This document shows positions 50,720 through 64,000 of a DNA stretch of 64,000 nucleotides, in pieces. The position numbers and the translations under genes are program-made. Position 1 is the stretch's first letter. Each line of letters begins with the position of its first letter. The stretch is from Malacoraja senta (Eukaryota): assembly GCA_038087875.1 (NCBI GenBank), contig JAXLNO010000260.1:124001-188000 (forward strand), written 5' to 3'. The notes beneath the pieces were generated by a model. The model did no database searches. It had not been told where the DNA came from and saw nothing but the letters and a program-made list of their open reading frames with translations.

Positions 50720-51980
50720 TTCAGATTGAAGACCCTTCAATCAGATCTTATTTCTGTTCAGAAATGGCTATTATTTAACAAATTAATTTAAAATAAAAAT
50801 AAATCATGCAGTATGTTATTTGGTACCAGACAAGGCCTTGGTAATTCTGTAGATCTGACTATATCATTTAATGAAGGATCACCATTAGAACAAGTATTGA
50901 ACTTCAAATATCTTGGTGTTTGGCTTGACCCAACGCTTTCATTTACGCAGCATAGTTAGACGATTACTAAAAAACTTAGCTGTAATCTAGCTATTCTTTA
51001 CCGCCATTTAAATTGTTTCACCTTTCAGATGAGAAAAATAATTGTCTCTCAACTACTACTACCAACACTGGATTATGCTGATATTGTCTATCAGAATACA
51101 TTTGATATACATCTTCAACCCCTTAATGTGGTTTATAATAGTCTTTGCAGATTTATTTTAAGGTGTCCATATATAACTCACCACTGTTCTATGTACGAAA
51201 CTCTAAACTGGTTATCCCCCCACGCTCGAAGATGCTACCACTGGTTCCAGTTCATCTTTAAATGCATCCACCTCAATTACCCTTCTTATTTAAAACAAGA
51301 CCTATTACCATACACACCCTCATATTCACTAAGACATATTCAGCAACCCTTCTTTTTCATTCCAAGAACTAACAAAGAAATTGGGAGACGTGCATTTAAA
51401 TACAAAGCTCCTTCTGACTGGAACACTCTGCCTAGTACCATAAGAACTATTAGCTCATTTCGTCTATTTAAAAATACACTTTTACCTTTCCTTATAAAAC
51501 CATGTACCTGTTTCTAGTATTTGAGTCTTCGAGCTCCTTTATCTAGCTTGCTCTGAGTGTGATCATTTGGCATAACTATTGTATATGCATGGCCATTACA
51601 CTTATGTATTATTGTATTGCACAGTGTAACAAGGTCTTATATTGTATTATGCCACAATATCATGAAATAATATATTATGTAATAATGTTGATAGTATGTA
51701 TTAACGTACGATGTATGATAGGTGGTATATGGTATTATGCACTAACATTATGCTGTAACACATAACTTTTGTTATTATTGGATTTGTAAAGTTAATTAAC
51801 AATTGTTATAAACTATAACAAGTGGCGATGGAGGGGTTTTGGGATTGGTGTGTGGGTAGGTGGGTCAATGAGAGCCTCTATGTATGTTATGTCTTGTGCT
51901 GTATGTTCTATGTTGGACCCCCTCGAAAACGAGATGACTGTCCATCTCAAGGGGTTATCCATGAATAAACTTGTTTCAAA
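50720..51980 (+). mobile_element. L2/Crack-like LINE 3' fragment
   Basis: FKYLGVWLDPTLSF; ORF 51029-51517 (PTLDYADIVY..GRRAFKYKAPSDWNTLP); 3' stem-loop cccctcgaaaacgagatg..catctcaagggg and AATAAA. Confidence 0.8.
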
Positions 51981-52044
51981 TTTGCAGATAGAATTCTGCA
52001 CAGTGTTGCATGACTTATTGTCTAACTCAAAAGTCTATTGGGAC

Positions 52045-52657
52045 ACATTCATCTCCTCCCGCCTAGATTACTGCAACTCCCTTTACACTGGCATCAGCCA
52101 ATCTTCCCTGTCCCGCCTGCAACTGGTCCAAAACGCTGCAGCGAGACTCCTGACGGGCACCCGAAAAAGGGACCACATCACCCCGATCCTGGCCTCTCTC
52201 CATTGGCTCCCTGTGCGGTTCCGTATAAACTTCAAGATCGTCCTCCATGTCTACAAAGCCCTCAATGGGCTTGCCCACACCTACATAAAAAGTCTTCTCA
52301 CCCACCACACCACCTCCAGGCCCCTCAGATCGGCCGACTTGGGGTTGCTGAATATCCCACGGTCTAGGCATAAGCTCAGGGGCGACCGCGCCTTTGCGGT
52401 TGGAGCCCCTAGACTGTGGAACAGCATGCCCTTTCCCATCAGAACTGCCCCCTCCATCGACTCTTTTAAGACTAAAAACTTATCTATACTCCCAAGCCTT
52501 TCCTGACATCCTCTGAGTGAGGGCTACATGTATATATGTATGTAGTTTGTTTTGTTTATGCTATTCTTATAACAAATGTAAAGCACTTTGGCCAACGAGA
52601 GTTGTTTTTTAAATGTGCTATATAAATAAATGTGACTTGACTTGACTTGACTTGACT
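52045..52657 (+). mobile_element. L2-clade LINE 3' fragment, near-identical to 4922-5387
   Basis: FISSRLDYCNSL..LQLVQNAAARLL..HITPILASLHWLPV; (gactt)n tail. Confidence 0.92.
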
Positions 52658-53344
52658 ATGCTCAGGTTAAGAACAATGGCCTTGTATGCAAGTTAGCATC
52701 ATGGTATTAATAACCCATGTTATTTTCTATCATTAATGGTTTATCTGTTTAAGTGTTTCACACACAGGTTGGGTTACTGCCTGAAACCACAGAGCTTTGA
52801 AGTCTTCACGTAGTCACTCACGTGACTTCGAAATAAAATAGAAAGATTAAACGAGAACTTACCGTTTGAGGTTTGATCTTTATTTTATGAGAAGTTGAAG
52901 TGAGAGAATTCATGCCCTCCACTCCCAACCCTACTTCTCATAAAGACCATTCAGTAGTTCTAAGCTCGTTAATCTTTCTATAACTTAGGTCAGCAACTAT
53001 TCTGTGGTTTCATACAGCTGCTCTAAAGTTTGACGCGCATGCGGACTGGCGGGCTCTTCATGTATTCCCTCACTTCAACTTCTCATAAAATAAAGATCAA
53101 ACTTCAAACGGTAACTTCTCGTTTAATCTTCATATTTACTTGCAAAACCTACACATCTTTGGAATGTGGGAGCACCCGAAAACCCCCCAACACAATCTCA
53201 GGGGTAGTCAGGGTCGAACCCCGATCTCTGGCACTGTAAGGCAGCATCTCTACTGCTGCATCACTGTGCTGCCCTCCTATGGTGTTTAGGTGGTGGAAAG
53301 ATTCTGTGGTGTCAGGAGGTGAGTCTCTGGCCACACTGTACTCG

Positions 53345-55069
53345 TAGAAACATAGAAACATAGAAAATAGGTGCAGGAGGAGGCCATTCGGCCCTTCGAG
53401 CCAGCACCGGCATTCATTGTGATCATGGCTGATCGTCCCCAATCAATAACCCGTGCCTGCCTTCTCCCCATATCCCTTGATTCCACCAGCCCCTGGAGCT
53501 CTATCTAACTCTCTCTTAAATCCATCTAGTGATTTGGCCTCCACTGCCCTCTGTGGCAGGGAATTTCACAAATTCACAACTCTCTGGGTGAAAAAGATTT
53601 TTCTCACCACAGTCCGAAATGGCCTCCCCTTTATTTTAAGACTGTGGCCCCTGGTTCTGGACTCGCCCAACATTGGGAACATTTTTCCTGCATCTAGCCT
53701 GTCCAGTCCTTTTATAATTGTATATGTTTCTATAAGATCCCTCCTCATCCTTCTAAACTCCAGTGAAAAGAAGCCTAGTCTTTTCAATCTTTCCTCATAT
53801 GAAAGTCCCGCCATCCCAGGGATCAATCTCATGAACCTACGCTGCACTGCCTCAATCACAAGGATGTCCTTCCTCAAATTAGGAGACCAAAACTGTACAC
53901 AATACTCCAGATGTGGTCTTACCAGAGCCCTATACAACTGCAGAAGAACCTCTCTACTCCTATACTGAAATCCTCTTGTTATGAAGGCCAACATTCCATT
54001 AGCTTTCTTCACTGCCTGCTGTACCTGCACGCCATCTTTCAGTGACTGGTGTACAAGGACAGCCAGGTCTCGCTGTACCTCCCCCTTACCTAACCTAACC
54101 CCATTGAGATAATAATCTGCCCCCTTGTTTTTGCCACCAAAGTGGATAACCTCACATTTATCTATATTATCCTGCATTTGCCATGCATCTGCCCACTCAC
54201 TCAACCTGTCCAGGTCACCCTGCAACCTCCTAACATCCTCTTCACAGTTCACACTGTCACCCAGCCTTGTGTCATCCGCAAACTTGCTAGTGTTGCTCCT
54301 AATTCCCTCTTCCAAATCATTAATATATATGATAAACAGTTGCGGCCCCAACACCGAGCCTTGTGGCACTCCACTCGCCACTGCCTGCCATTCTGAAAAG
54401 GACCCGTTCTCTCCTACTCTTTGCTTCCTGTCTGCCAACCATTTTTCTATCCACGTCAACACCCTTCCCCCAATACCATGTGCTCTAATTTTAGTCACCA
54501 GTCCCCCGTGCGGGTCCTTATCAAAGGCTTTCTGAAAGTCTAGATACACTACATCCACTGGCTCCCCTTCATCCATTTTACTTGTCACATCCTCAAAAAA
54601 TTCCAGAAGATTAGTCAAGCATGATTTCCCTTTCATAAATCCATGTTGACTTGGACTAAACCTTTTACTGCTATCCAAATGCCCCATTATTACCTCTTTA
54701 TTAATTGACTCCATCATCTTTCCCACCACCGAAGTCAGGCTAACTGGTCTGTAATTCCCCGTTTTCTCTGTCGCTCCTTTCTTGAAAAGTGGGATAACAT
54801 TAGCTATCCTCCAATCCACAGGAACTGATCCTGAATCTATTGAACATTGGAAAATGATCACCAATGCGTCCACTATTACCAGAGCCACCTCCCTGAGGAC
54901 CCTGGGGTGCAGACCATCAGGCCCAGGGGATTTATCATCCTTCAGTCCCATTAGCCCATCCAATACTATTTCTCGCCTAATGAACATTTCTTTCAGTTCC
55001 TCTACCCCCTTAGATTCTCTGTCCTCCAGTACTTCTGGGAGATTGTTTGTGTCTTTCTTAGTGAAGACA
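53345..55069 (-). mobile_element. 5'-truncated CR1 LINE, well preserved
   Basis: Contains the RT ORF; 3' tail reads (tagaaaca)n on +. Confidence 0.95.
53566..54987 (-). CDS. CR1 ORF2 reverse-transcriptase portion (473 aa, premature stop, no endonuclease domain)
   Basis: [42 protein letters not shown]. Confidence 0.85.
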   Translation of the reverse strand: MFIRREIVLDGLMGLKDDKSPGPDGLHPRVLREVALVIVDALVIIFQCSIDSGSVPVDWRIANVIPLFKKGATEKTGNYRPVSLTSVVGKMMESINKEVIMGHLDSSKRFSPSQHGFMKGKSCLTNLLEFFEDVTSKMDEGEPVDVVYLDFQKAFDKDPHGGLVTKIRAHGIGGRVLTWIEKWLADRKQRVGENGSFSEWQAVASGVPQGSVLGPQLFIIYINDLEEGIRSNTSKFADDTRLGDSVNCEEDVRRLQGDLDRLSEWADAWQMQDNIDKCEVIHFGGKNKGADYYLNGVRLGKGEVQRDLAVLVHQSLKDGVQVQQAVKKANGMLAFITRGFQYRSREVLLQLYRALVRPHLEYCVQFWSPNLRKDILVIEAVQRRFMRLIPGMAGLSYEERLKRLGFFSLEFRRMRRDLIETYTIIKGLDRLDAGKMFPMLGESRTRGHSLKIKGRPFRTVVRKIFFTQRVVNL

Positions 55070-55852
55070 TCTCCTGGCTTGATTCTGTTTTGTGGCTGGT
55101 CTAGTTGAGTTTCTATTCAAGAGTGGTATTCAGAATGTTATTGGTGGTGGATTTCATGATCATAATACTGTAGCACATCAGGGATAGAAGGCTAGGCTCT
55201 CACTTGTAGGACATGAATATTGACTGGCATTTAGATGACATAAATATCACTTGCCACTTCTCAGTGAACATCTGAATGTTGTTTAAGTCTAGATGCATGA
55301 AACAATGATTCACTTCCTTTGCCGTGAATTAAACTGAACATTGTGCAATTACAATGAACTTCCTTACTTCTTACCCAATGGTGGAAGACAAGAATGAAGT
55401 AACTAAAGGTGGTTGGCCTAGGAGACATACCCGCAGTGATGTTCTGGGTTTAAAATTATTGATCTTCAACAACCAGCCTCTTTGTGCAAGGTGCATCTCC
55501 AGCCATTGGAGTTTTACCTTTGTGATATCTAATGACTTGTTTTACCAGGATTCCTTGGTGTCACGTTTGATCATTTAGAGATCTTTAGACAATAGACTTT
55601 AGAGACTTTAGACTTTAGAGATACAGTGTGGAAACAGACCCTTTGGCCCACCGACCAGCGATCCACACACATTAACACTATCCTACACACACGTGTTTGG
55701 AATAAATTTAGCTGATTCAAGCTTTAAGGCAAAAACAAAATACTGAAGACACTGGAAATTGAAATAGAAGCAGGAAACTCAGAAGGTCAGGTAGCATCAA
55801 AGGAGAGTGAAAAGGAGAGTGAAACCTTTCAGGTTTTCAGTTTTGGTTTTAG

Positions 55853-56144
55853 TTTTAGAGTTACAGTGCGTAAACAGGCCCTTCAGCCCACCGAGTGCGC
55901 ACCGACCAGTGATCCCCGCACATTAACATGATTCTACACACACTAGGGACATTTTTCATTCATACCAAGCCAATTAAACTACAAACCTGTACGTCACGGA
56001 GTGTGGGAGGAAACCGAAGATCTCGGAGAAAACCCATGCAGGTCACAGGGAGAACGTACAAACTCCGTACAGACAAGCACCCATCGTCAGGATCGAACCT
56101 GGGTCTCTGGTGCTGTAAGTGGGTAGCTATGCCACCGTGCCACC
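55853..56144 (-). mobile_element. HE1-like SINE with a CR1-derived 3' tail
   Basis: B-box ggttcgatcc on minus; 3' end gggctgaagggcctgttt shared with the CR1 end at about 3440-3465. Confidence 0.85.
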
Positions 56145-57854
56145 TGTAATTTGATACTACTAGCATTTTATTTAATTACTTGCATTAAAATTCTCTATCT
56201 GCTTTGGGATTTGAAGTATTGTTACTGCATCAATAGCCCTGACTTCTGAATACTAGTGTGGTATAACTTAACCACTGTGTTCTTGTACCGTGCCTCTGAG
56301 TTGGTTCAAATGTCCCAGAGAAGTTCTCTGGAGACTATACTGCACCACAACCACATCAAACTTCCAACAAGTTATGAAACAAACACTTCCAGCCTGGAAG
56401 ATCAGAGGAAAGACTTGGGCTTTCAATCAAAAGCTCTTCAGCAAAAGCCAGCCTATGCATTAATATTTTTAGTGCGTCCTATTTATTTCTAATATTTTCC
56501 TTCGAAAATATATCTTCGGCATTTTTTCCTAAAAGTGCATTCACTTCAGGATGCCTTTTGAACACTCTTTGAGAGACAGAAGTTACAGGTGATGAGTGTT
56601 AATTCACTTTGCAACAGATGTTGTTTATTCTGTCAAATTAGTTAAAAACTGAGTTTTACTAATGATTAAAAGATTAAAAAAATTAAGTACACATTTTAAT
56701 GCAACAGCTTTGAAAATCTGGGTACATGTTTTGGTGAAAGATAAAGCTGGCTTATGAATAAACATTTATGTAATTGCACAGCCTGAACTTGGAGAAATCA
56801 TTTTGAATAAAAGCCCAACATTTTCCAGGCATTTAGATTGTTGAGTCCCCTTTCGTTCTGAGTAATTTATATGATGGCTAACACATTGATGTGTTTAATT
56901 ATCAACACATCATTGATTTCCATAGTCAATCTGTTGACTGTGGATTTGTAACTCACGGTGGAAATACAAGCTATCGTGCAAAGTGGTTCATATTAATGTA
57001 AAACCTCTTGGGTATAAGCTGTATCACTCCAACTTGCCAGTGAAAACCAGGAACAGTGAACAGTTCCAGCAGGGATTGCACCTGATCTAAAGTAGGTTAG
57101 GGTGCAGATACCATCTGTCCATCCCAAGGTAATAAACTAAACATTGATTTCAGACCCTTAGGTAGAGCTGTGGGATGAGGGAGGTGGGGAAGACATTAGT
57201 TTTCAGTGATTCTCTCACCTCTTTGGGAGCAGCAGATATGATAGTGCAGTAGTTATGTTACAGGATTCGCCATCCAGAAGTTTGATGTGCTGAACAAAAT
57301 ATTACTCAAGATGGGGGATTTAAATTCAAATAAATTAAAAACAATGTGGATTTTAAAAGTATTTCTAAAGGATACTATGAATCACCAAGGTTGTCATATG
57401 AGAGACAGGGGCTGAAGAAGGGCATCGATCTGATATGTCACCTATCCATTCCTTCCTCAGATGCTGCCTGACCCATTGAATTATTCCAGCAATTTGTGAT
57501 TTATTCTAAAACTATAGGGCATGGACTGGAGCGGAGAGGGGAAAGATTTAAGAGAGATTTCAGCGGGTTATTAATAAAAAAATACAAAGTGATGAAGTAA
57601 CTCAGTGGTTTATTATTGTCCATCAGTGAAGGAAATCTGGCCTGATGTGATGTGGTCTACTTTTGATTCTGATCCACCATGTTATAGTTGTTAAAGATAG
57701 CCCATCAAGCTGGCAAATTCAGGCTGTACAGGCATGGTAACCCATGGCAGTACATTATTAACATTCCAAATAGGAATTATCCAATTTCAGGTCAAATGTG
57801 CTTCAATTCACAAAGGTTGTTTTAACAGACCATGTCTGATCTTTAATTGGTGGT

Positions 57855-60045
57855 ATGGAGGGCAGTGTGGAAGGATTTCTAAGTTTACAACAAGATTAAA
57901 TCAATTGTAAGGCTGGGCAAGAAATGGCAAATGGAATTTAACTCTGACATGTATGATGTGTTGCTCATTTGGTATGTCAAACCAGGGTTTAACTTACCCA
58001 TTGAATAGTAGAGCCTTGGATAGTGTTGCAGACCAGAGAGGCCTGGGAGTACAGCTGCAAGGTTTCCTGAAAGTGTCAAGTCAGGTGGACTGTGTGGTGA
58101 AGATGGTTTTTGGTATGCTTACCTTCATTGGCTCGAGTATTTGGTACATAAATTGGTATAATCATGATGTAGCTGTACGTCATTAGAAAGACTATGTTTG
58201 GGGCACCGTGTACACTTCTGGTTACCCCACCTCAAGAAAGATGTCATTATTTTGGAAAGTTTGCAGAAGAGATTTACAAGGATTATGTGGATTTATGGAT
58301 TTGAGTTACAGGCATAGGATGAACTTGTGCAATCTAAGGAAGAGGCATGTAAGTTGGCCAGAGGAAGCAGCAACCGGAGGACTGGGTGAAATTTAGACCT
58401 CAACAAGGGAAGATAAAGGGGTTAATTAAGAGGGGGAAATAGAGCATGAAAGAAAGCTTGTGGGGAATATAAAAACTGACTGTAAAAGCTTCTTTAGATA
58501 TGTGAAGAGGAAAAGATTAGTGAAGACAAATGTAGGTCCCTTACTGTCAGACACAGGTGAATTTATAATGGGAAACAAGGCAATGGCAGACCAGTTAAAT
58601 GGGTACTTTGGTTCTGTCTTCACTAAGGAAGACAAAAACAATCTCCCAGAAATACTAGGGGACTGAGGAACTAGTGGGAGGGAGGAACTGAAGGGTATCC
58701 ACATTAGTCAGGAAATGCTGTTAGGTAAACCATTGGGACTGAAGGCAGATAAATCCCCAGGGCCTGATGTGCTGCATCCCAGAGGTGGCTCTAGAAATTG
58801 TGGATGCATTCGTGATCATTTTTCAATGTTTTATAGACTCTGGATCAGTTCCTGTGGACTGGAGGGTAGCCAATGGAACTCCACTTTTAAAGAAACCTGG
58901 GTAGATAAAACGGGGAATTATAGACCAGTTAGCCTTACATCGATAGGGGGGAAGATGCTTGAGGCGATTATTAAAGATGTAATAGCAGCACATTAGGAAA
59001 GCAGTGACTTAAAGTCAGCATTGATCTATGAAGGGGAAATCATACTTGGCTAATCTTCTGGAATTTTTTGAGGATGTAACAAGTAGAATGGATAAGGGAG
59101 AGCCAGTGGATCTGGTGTATCTGGACTTTCAAAAACCCTTTGACAAGGTCCCACACAAGAGATTAGTGTGCAAAATTAGTGCACATGGTAATGGAGGTAG
59201 GGTATTGCCACAGATAGAGAACTGGTTGGCAGACAGGAAGCAATGAGTTGGAATTAACGGGTCCTTTTCAGAATGGCAGTGACTAGTGGGGTGCCACAAG
59301 GCTCAGTGCTGGGACCCCACTAATTTACAATATATATTAACGATTTAGACGAGGGAATTAAATATAACATCTCCAAGTTTTTGGATGACACATAGCTGGG
59401 TCACCAGAGAGTTGTGAATCTGTGGGATTCTCTGCAACAGAAGACAGAGGAGGCCAATTCACTGGATGTTTTCAAGAGAGAGTTAGATTTAACTCTTAGG
59501 GCTAATGGAATCAAGGGATTTGGGGGAAAAGCAGGAATTGGGTACTGATTTTGGATGATCAGCCATGATCATATTGAATGGCGTTGCTGGCTCAAATGGT
59601 TGAATGGCCTACTACTGCACCTATTTTCTATGTTTCTATGTTTCTAACAGGCTGGCTCTTCTTTCTTTGGAGCACAGGAGGCTAAGGGGTGACCTATTGA
59701 ATTGTATCAAATCATGAGGAGCATGGATAAATTGAGCACTCAGTCTTTTTCCCTGGGTAGAATATTCTAACACTAGAGCATGGACTTGAAGTGAGAGGGG
59801 AATGATTTTAGAGAGACTTTGGGGGAAATGTTATCACTCAAAGAGTAGCCCATATCTGAAAGGAGGTGCCAGAGGAAACTAGAAAAGCTGATGGAATTAT
59901 GGTATTTTAAGACATTGAGACAGATATATGGATAGGAAGGGTTTGAAGAGCAATGAGTCAAATGCAAGCAATGGGACTAGCCCAGTTTGCCCACTTGCTC
60001 AACATGGACACGGTAGGTCAAAGGGTCTGTTTCCATATTGTATAG
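57855..60045 (+). mobile_element. Old CR1 (57855-58323 and 59645-60045) interrupted by a younger, internally deleted CR1 (58324-59645)
   Basis: Inner ORFs KSFFRYVK, KSPGPD, YLDFQKPFDKVPH; the outer copy resumes after the (tttctatg)n tail. Confidence 0.85.
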
Positions 60046-60904
60046 CGAGTTAGTTACCTTAAACACACATGGTGTTTAACTGTGGCATTGATCTTGAAGA
60101 CTACATTTCTATAGGGGATTGGCTCAATGTAAATAATTCCTTGTAAAATTAATTGCATTTTCCACCACCTTGATCCTACTTGGAACTCTCATGAAAAAAA
60201 GTGATGGGTATTTCATGAATATTTAAACATCGGGAAAATCAAGGTACAGTGACATTCAATATAATCCTTTGTGACATTCTTCTTACCTGATATCAAACAG
60301 CAGAAACTTTATCGTACAATTCAGTCTTTCTACCAATAAGTATCAATGATATCTTAAGGATTTTCTGGTTATTTTTTTCTGTTTGATGTACAATCGCACC
60401 CTTGTTGAAAGCCTTTTGTACTTCATTTCAATCAATGCTTCTGATTCATTTATTTTACATGTTACGCTTTGATACCAGACCCCTGTATCTCATGAGGATT
60501 GCTTATCCAAAACATTGACTTTATTTTCTATCCACAATTCCTGCATGACTAGTTAGTTCTTCAATCGTTTCTGTTTTTGATGCATTTCTCATAATAGCAT
60601 ACAAAATATCTGAATCTCTGGAACAATGTAAAAAGGAAGTGGAACAGCATGCAAAAGCTAGGTACAGACTTATTAAATGAAAGAAAGGATTTTCAGACTT
60701 TTTAAAATCTTTATTTACAAGTAAAATTGAACAAAGTTCATGAGTAAGAACAACATTAGTAACATTAACACAGAACACAACACAGATTAAGGGCCCAGAA
60801 ATTGACCATGGTATATGCTAAATTAGCCATGTTTCAGAACAATTTGAAATCACAATTCATTTTATTTCATACCTCGTGCCAAACTGCTAAACTTCATCAA
60901 GAGT

Positions 60905-61145
60905 CACGACTCAAGAATGTTTTATTATCATGTCCCAAAACGTAACAATGAAATTATTACTTGCAGCAGCACAACAGATATGTAAACATAGTACCCTGTA
61001 AAACCCATAATAAACAACAATAACAGTGCAAGGTCAAAAATAATAGTAAAAAATAATGCCTCCAAGACTATGTTGTTTAGAGCCTATTTGGAGTTGTGTT
61101 TAATAACTTAAAGGTTGTGGGGAAGGTGCTTCTGAACCTGGACAT
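60905..61145 (-). mobile_element. Rex1-type 3' UTR and tail
   Basis: Similar to 17140-17240; tail tttattatcatgtccc..aatgaaatt on +. Confidence 0.6.
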
Positions 61146-62154
61146 TACACTTCTTTGCTTCTGAAACTTTGCTTCTGGGATATAAATAAAATAGAAATAT
61201 TGGGAGTGCAAAACCTTTTTGCCCTGAGCTGACATAATTGTTCTCCTTTACTAAACCAGGTTTCCTGGGCATAATAAAGTGTAGCCAAAGATCTCATGGT
61301 CATTCTAACACCCTGCTGTAAATTTACCAAGACAGTTGGTAGAGCTTTTGCTGCTGAGTCAGTGATTGTGGGTCAATTCCAACTCCAGAGATTTCAGCAT
61401 ACATAAATCTAGCCTGGCATTCCAGATTATCAGTGAGGAAATCTAGTGTCTGATGTGCCAGGTTTTGAAAGAAAAGCCTAATTTATTTTCTCAAGTGGAA
61501 TCAAAAGTTTCAATTCCAAAGAAGGGGTTGTCCCTGGTGTCTTGCAACATATTTCTCTCTCCCTGCATCATAAATGCAGTTCATCTGATCATTTTCATGT
61601 TATTATTTGTGCGTAAAATACATAAATTGTGAACCAGCTTCCTGCATCACAACGGTAATGGCACTTAAAAATATTTCACTGCTGGTGAGCGAGGCAAGAA
61701 GTAAATGCAAATCAGTTTATTTTCTTTTGACACTACCAACAATGATAGGGCCACAAATGCATCAGGTCCTAGACTCTATTTTTTGTTAAAGAAAGAAGCA
61801 CACCAAAACTTCCAATATTACAGTGTCGCTGGTACGGGCGGAGATTCGTGAGTTAGTTCACTGAATTGAAACCTACCTTAAAAGTTCAAGTCAAGGACTT
61901 TGTCCGGAGTCCTGGATAAGATGTGAATGGTACAATGTTTTAAGCCCCCGTACAAAAGACTGAGACAAGCATTCTATAAGTTGCAGCTTAGTGCTTGATC
62001 CATGACTCGCTTTTAAAAATGTAAATAACGTCAGAGTGACTTTGGGAGTCTCAAGTGGTTCCATTCAGCATTCACAGCATGCCAGAGATACAGATTTTCA
62101 CACTCAGGAATTTTAAATCAAATGCACAGATCAAAAGTTTTGGTGACACTCGAA

Positions 62155-62340
62155 CTATCCTCGATCGGACTTTGCTGGCTTAACCTTGCACTAAACGTTA
62201 TTCCTTTATCATGTATCTATATACTGTAAATGTCTCGATTGTAATCTTGCATTGTCTTTCTGCTGACTGGATAACATGCAACAAAAGCTTTTCTCTGTAC
62301 CATGGTACCTGTGACAATAAACCAAACTAACACTAAACTC
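62155..62340 (+). mobile_element. Rex1-type 3' tail fragment
   Basis: aaaagcttttc.ctgtacc.tggtac.tgtgacaataaa and a (ctaaa)-like tail. Confidence 0.55.
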
Positions 62341-63113
62341 TAAATAAATCTAACCAAGTATGATGCACTGATCTGTTTAATTAAACGAGTAAGTAATTTC
62401 AAAAATCATGTCTTCTTTTGGTTTGGTATAAAACAAAAAAAACATCTTAATTTGATGAGTACTGTAATTTAGTAAATTTGTATTGTTCTTTGAATTTCTG
62501 CACATAAGCAGGAGCAAAAGAACGGTTATTAAACTTCAGTGTTATGTAATGCAGCTAATGCAGGAAATAAAATTAACATCACTTGGTTAGTCATGGATTA
62601 ACTCAAAAATCCAATAAAGTTAATGAGATTGGAATGGCACATCAACTAACCAACATGTTGAGCATCATTCTGGAACTTAATTTTTGAATGCAGGTTTATT
62701 TTAAACTCAATCAAGCCAGTCCTTAATCAGTTATCCCTGCTTGACCATCACATTGGAAACATCCATTATTTACTACAAAGGTCATAAGATCATAAGAAAC
62801 AGTAGAGTTAGGCCATTTGGCCCATCCACCATTCAATAATGACTGATCTATCTCTTCCTCCAAACCCCATTCTCCAGACTTCTCCCCATAACCTCGGACA
62901 TCTGTACTAATCAAGAATCTGCTGCTAAGATCCAATCATTACAACGATATGCAATTGAAAATAAAGTTTTCCCACAGACAAATGCAATCAAAACCATTTC
63001 CAGTTCATTTTATATTGTTCTGCAAATTTTGGATGGCACTCTCACGGATGAGTTAATGACCACATCCTAATGCAATTTCTTTGTTAGTCCTGCTGAGGTG
63101 TTTCTCCAACTAA

Positions 63114-63872
63114 AGGGGCTGTCCCACTGCAGCGACCTAATCTGCGAGTTTAGAAGAGTTTTCCCTCGACTCAAACTCGCAGCATGGTCGACACGTGGTC
63201 CTAGGAGGTCCTATGAGGTCACTGGAACTCTCCTTCATGCTCGAGGGAAGTTCCCGAATACTCGCGGCCTCAGTTTGGTTGAGGAAAATTTTTCAGCATG
63301 TTGAAAATTTTCCGCGAGTAAAAATTGGTCGGCATTGTTCTTATGAACTCGTAGTGCAGTGGAGTGGGGTTGCTATGTAGTTATAGGCAGTCGAGGGCAG
63401 CTGTAGGCAATCTCCACCACTGACCGGGCATTTTAATTGGCTCATTGGAGTATTCAGAACAAAGGGAAACCGACTGGTAATTTAAAATGCCCGCTAAACT
63501 TTATTATAAGTTGTCTTGCTTCTTAAAAGTGTCTCCACTCCTTCTCCCCCCCCTTCTGTCCCCTCTGTCCCCTTCTGTCCCCTTCTGTCCACTTCTCCCC
63601 CCTCACCCCCCCCCCCCCCGCTCTCTAAAGGACTTACCGCACACTGTCCAGCCGTCTTTTACCTTCCTGTTCATCACGGGTGTGAATTTCAGACAGCGCA
63701 CCCTCGCTTTCCCTGGCCCCCCGACTTTGCGTTGTGTGTGTGTTCGGTCGGTTGATCCCGCTCGCGGTTTCATCGCTGACGGTCGTTCCAGCTCGAGGTT
63801 TTTTTGGCGAGTGCCCTTGAGCTTGAAGGTCGTAGACAGTCGCTGAAAGGTCGCGTCAGTGGGACAGGCCCT
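63114..63872. mobile_element. PIF/Harbinger-type MITE (759 bp)
   Basis: TIR aggggctgtcccactg..gcgacct / aggtcgc..cagtgggacaggccct; TAA TSD at 63111-63113 and 63873-63875. Confidence 0.88.
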
Positions 63873-64000
63873 TAATGTTCCTTTCAGTTCATTGGTTGAA
63901 ATATGGCTGAGACAACCTGGGAACAATGATTATTGATGTTTGCCAGGACCACCATATTTTGGTAAGGCAATTTTGGGTTTGTACCCTGAGAAATTTAGTG

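Larger units (their letters stand above)
50330..53134 (+). mobile_element. Second DIRS remnant (YR part, ICR, right ITR) with two nested LINEs
   Basis: LISAQRT (50355-50375) resembles YR box I; colinear with 46740-47660; ICR 52804-52914; right ITR 53030-53134. Confidence 0.85.

Noticed and set aside
51850..52506. 218-aa ORF as a novel fusion gene
   Set aside because: Chance read-through across a Crack-like 3' UTR, about 65 bp of DIRS and an L2 fragment; only the last part is coding and it is transposon-derived
53453..54535. Plus-strand ORFs of 171 and 136 aa
   Set aside because: Antisense shadows of the CR1 RT ORF

Overview
This is eukaryotic, transposon-dense, non-genic DNA, most likely from a cartilaginous fish (skate, ray or shark). 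That assignment is inferred from the HE1-type tRNA-SINE / HER1-type CR1 LINE pair, Rex1, Penelope and DIRS content. No host protein-coding exon, RNA gene or CRISPR array can be supported, and every recognisable ORF is transposon-derived. The window holds many CR1 fragments (one with an uninterrupted 473-aa RT ORF), a 5'-truncated L1 with a target-site duplication (TSD), and L2/Crack-like, Rex1 and Penelope fragments with hammerhead-ribozyme-like termini. It also holds two DIRS (tyrosine recombinase) retrotransposon remnants, four non-autonomous Helitrons built from stacked 5'-end modules, a 2.8-kb CAG-ended DNA transposon with a 5-bp TSD, two Harbinger-type MITEs and a solo LTR. The most notable items are (i) a non-coding retroposon family that keeps a covarying RNA hairpin but carries 3' tails of different LINE clades, (ii) modular head-to-head Helitrons carrying a promoter-like cassette, (iii) an RT-less DIRS with intact cis-structure, and (iv) a 28-bp palindrome-only insertion with an 8-bp TSD. 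All family names come from motif recognition by eye, with no database search; boundaries without a TSD or defined terminus are approximate.
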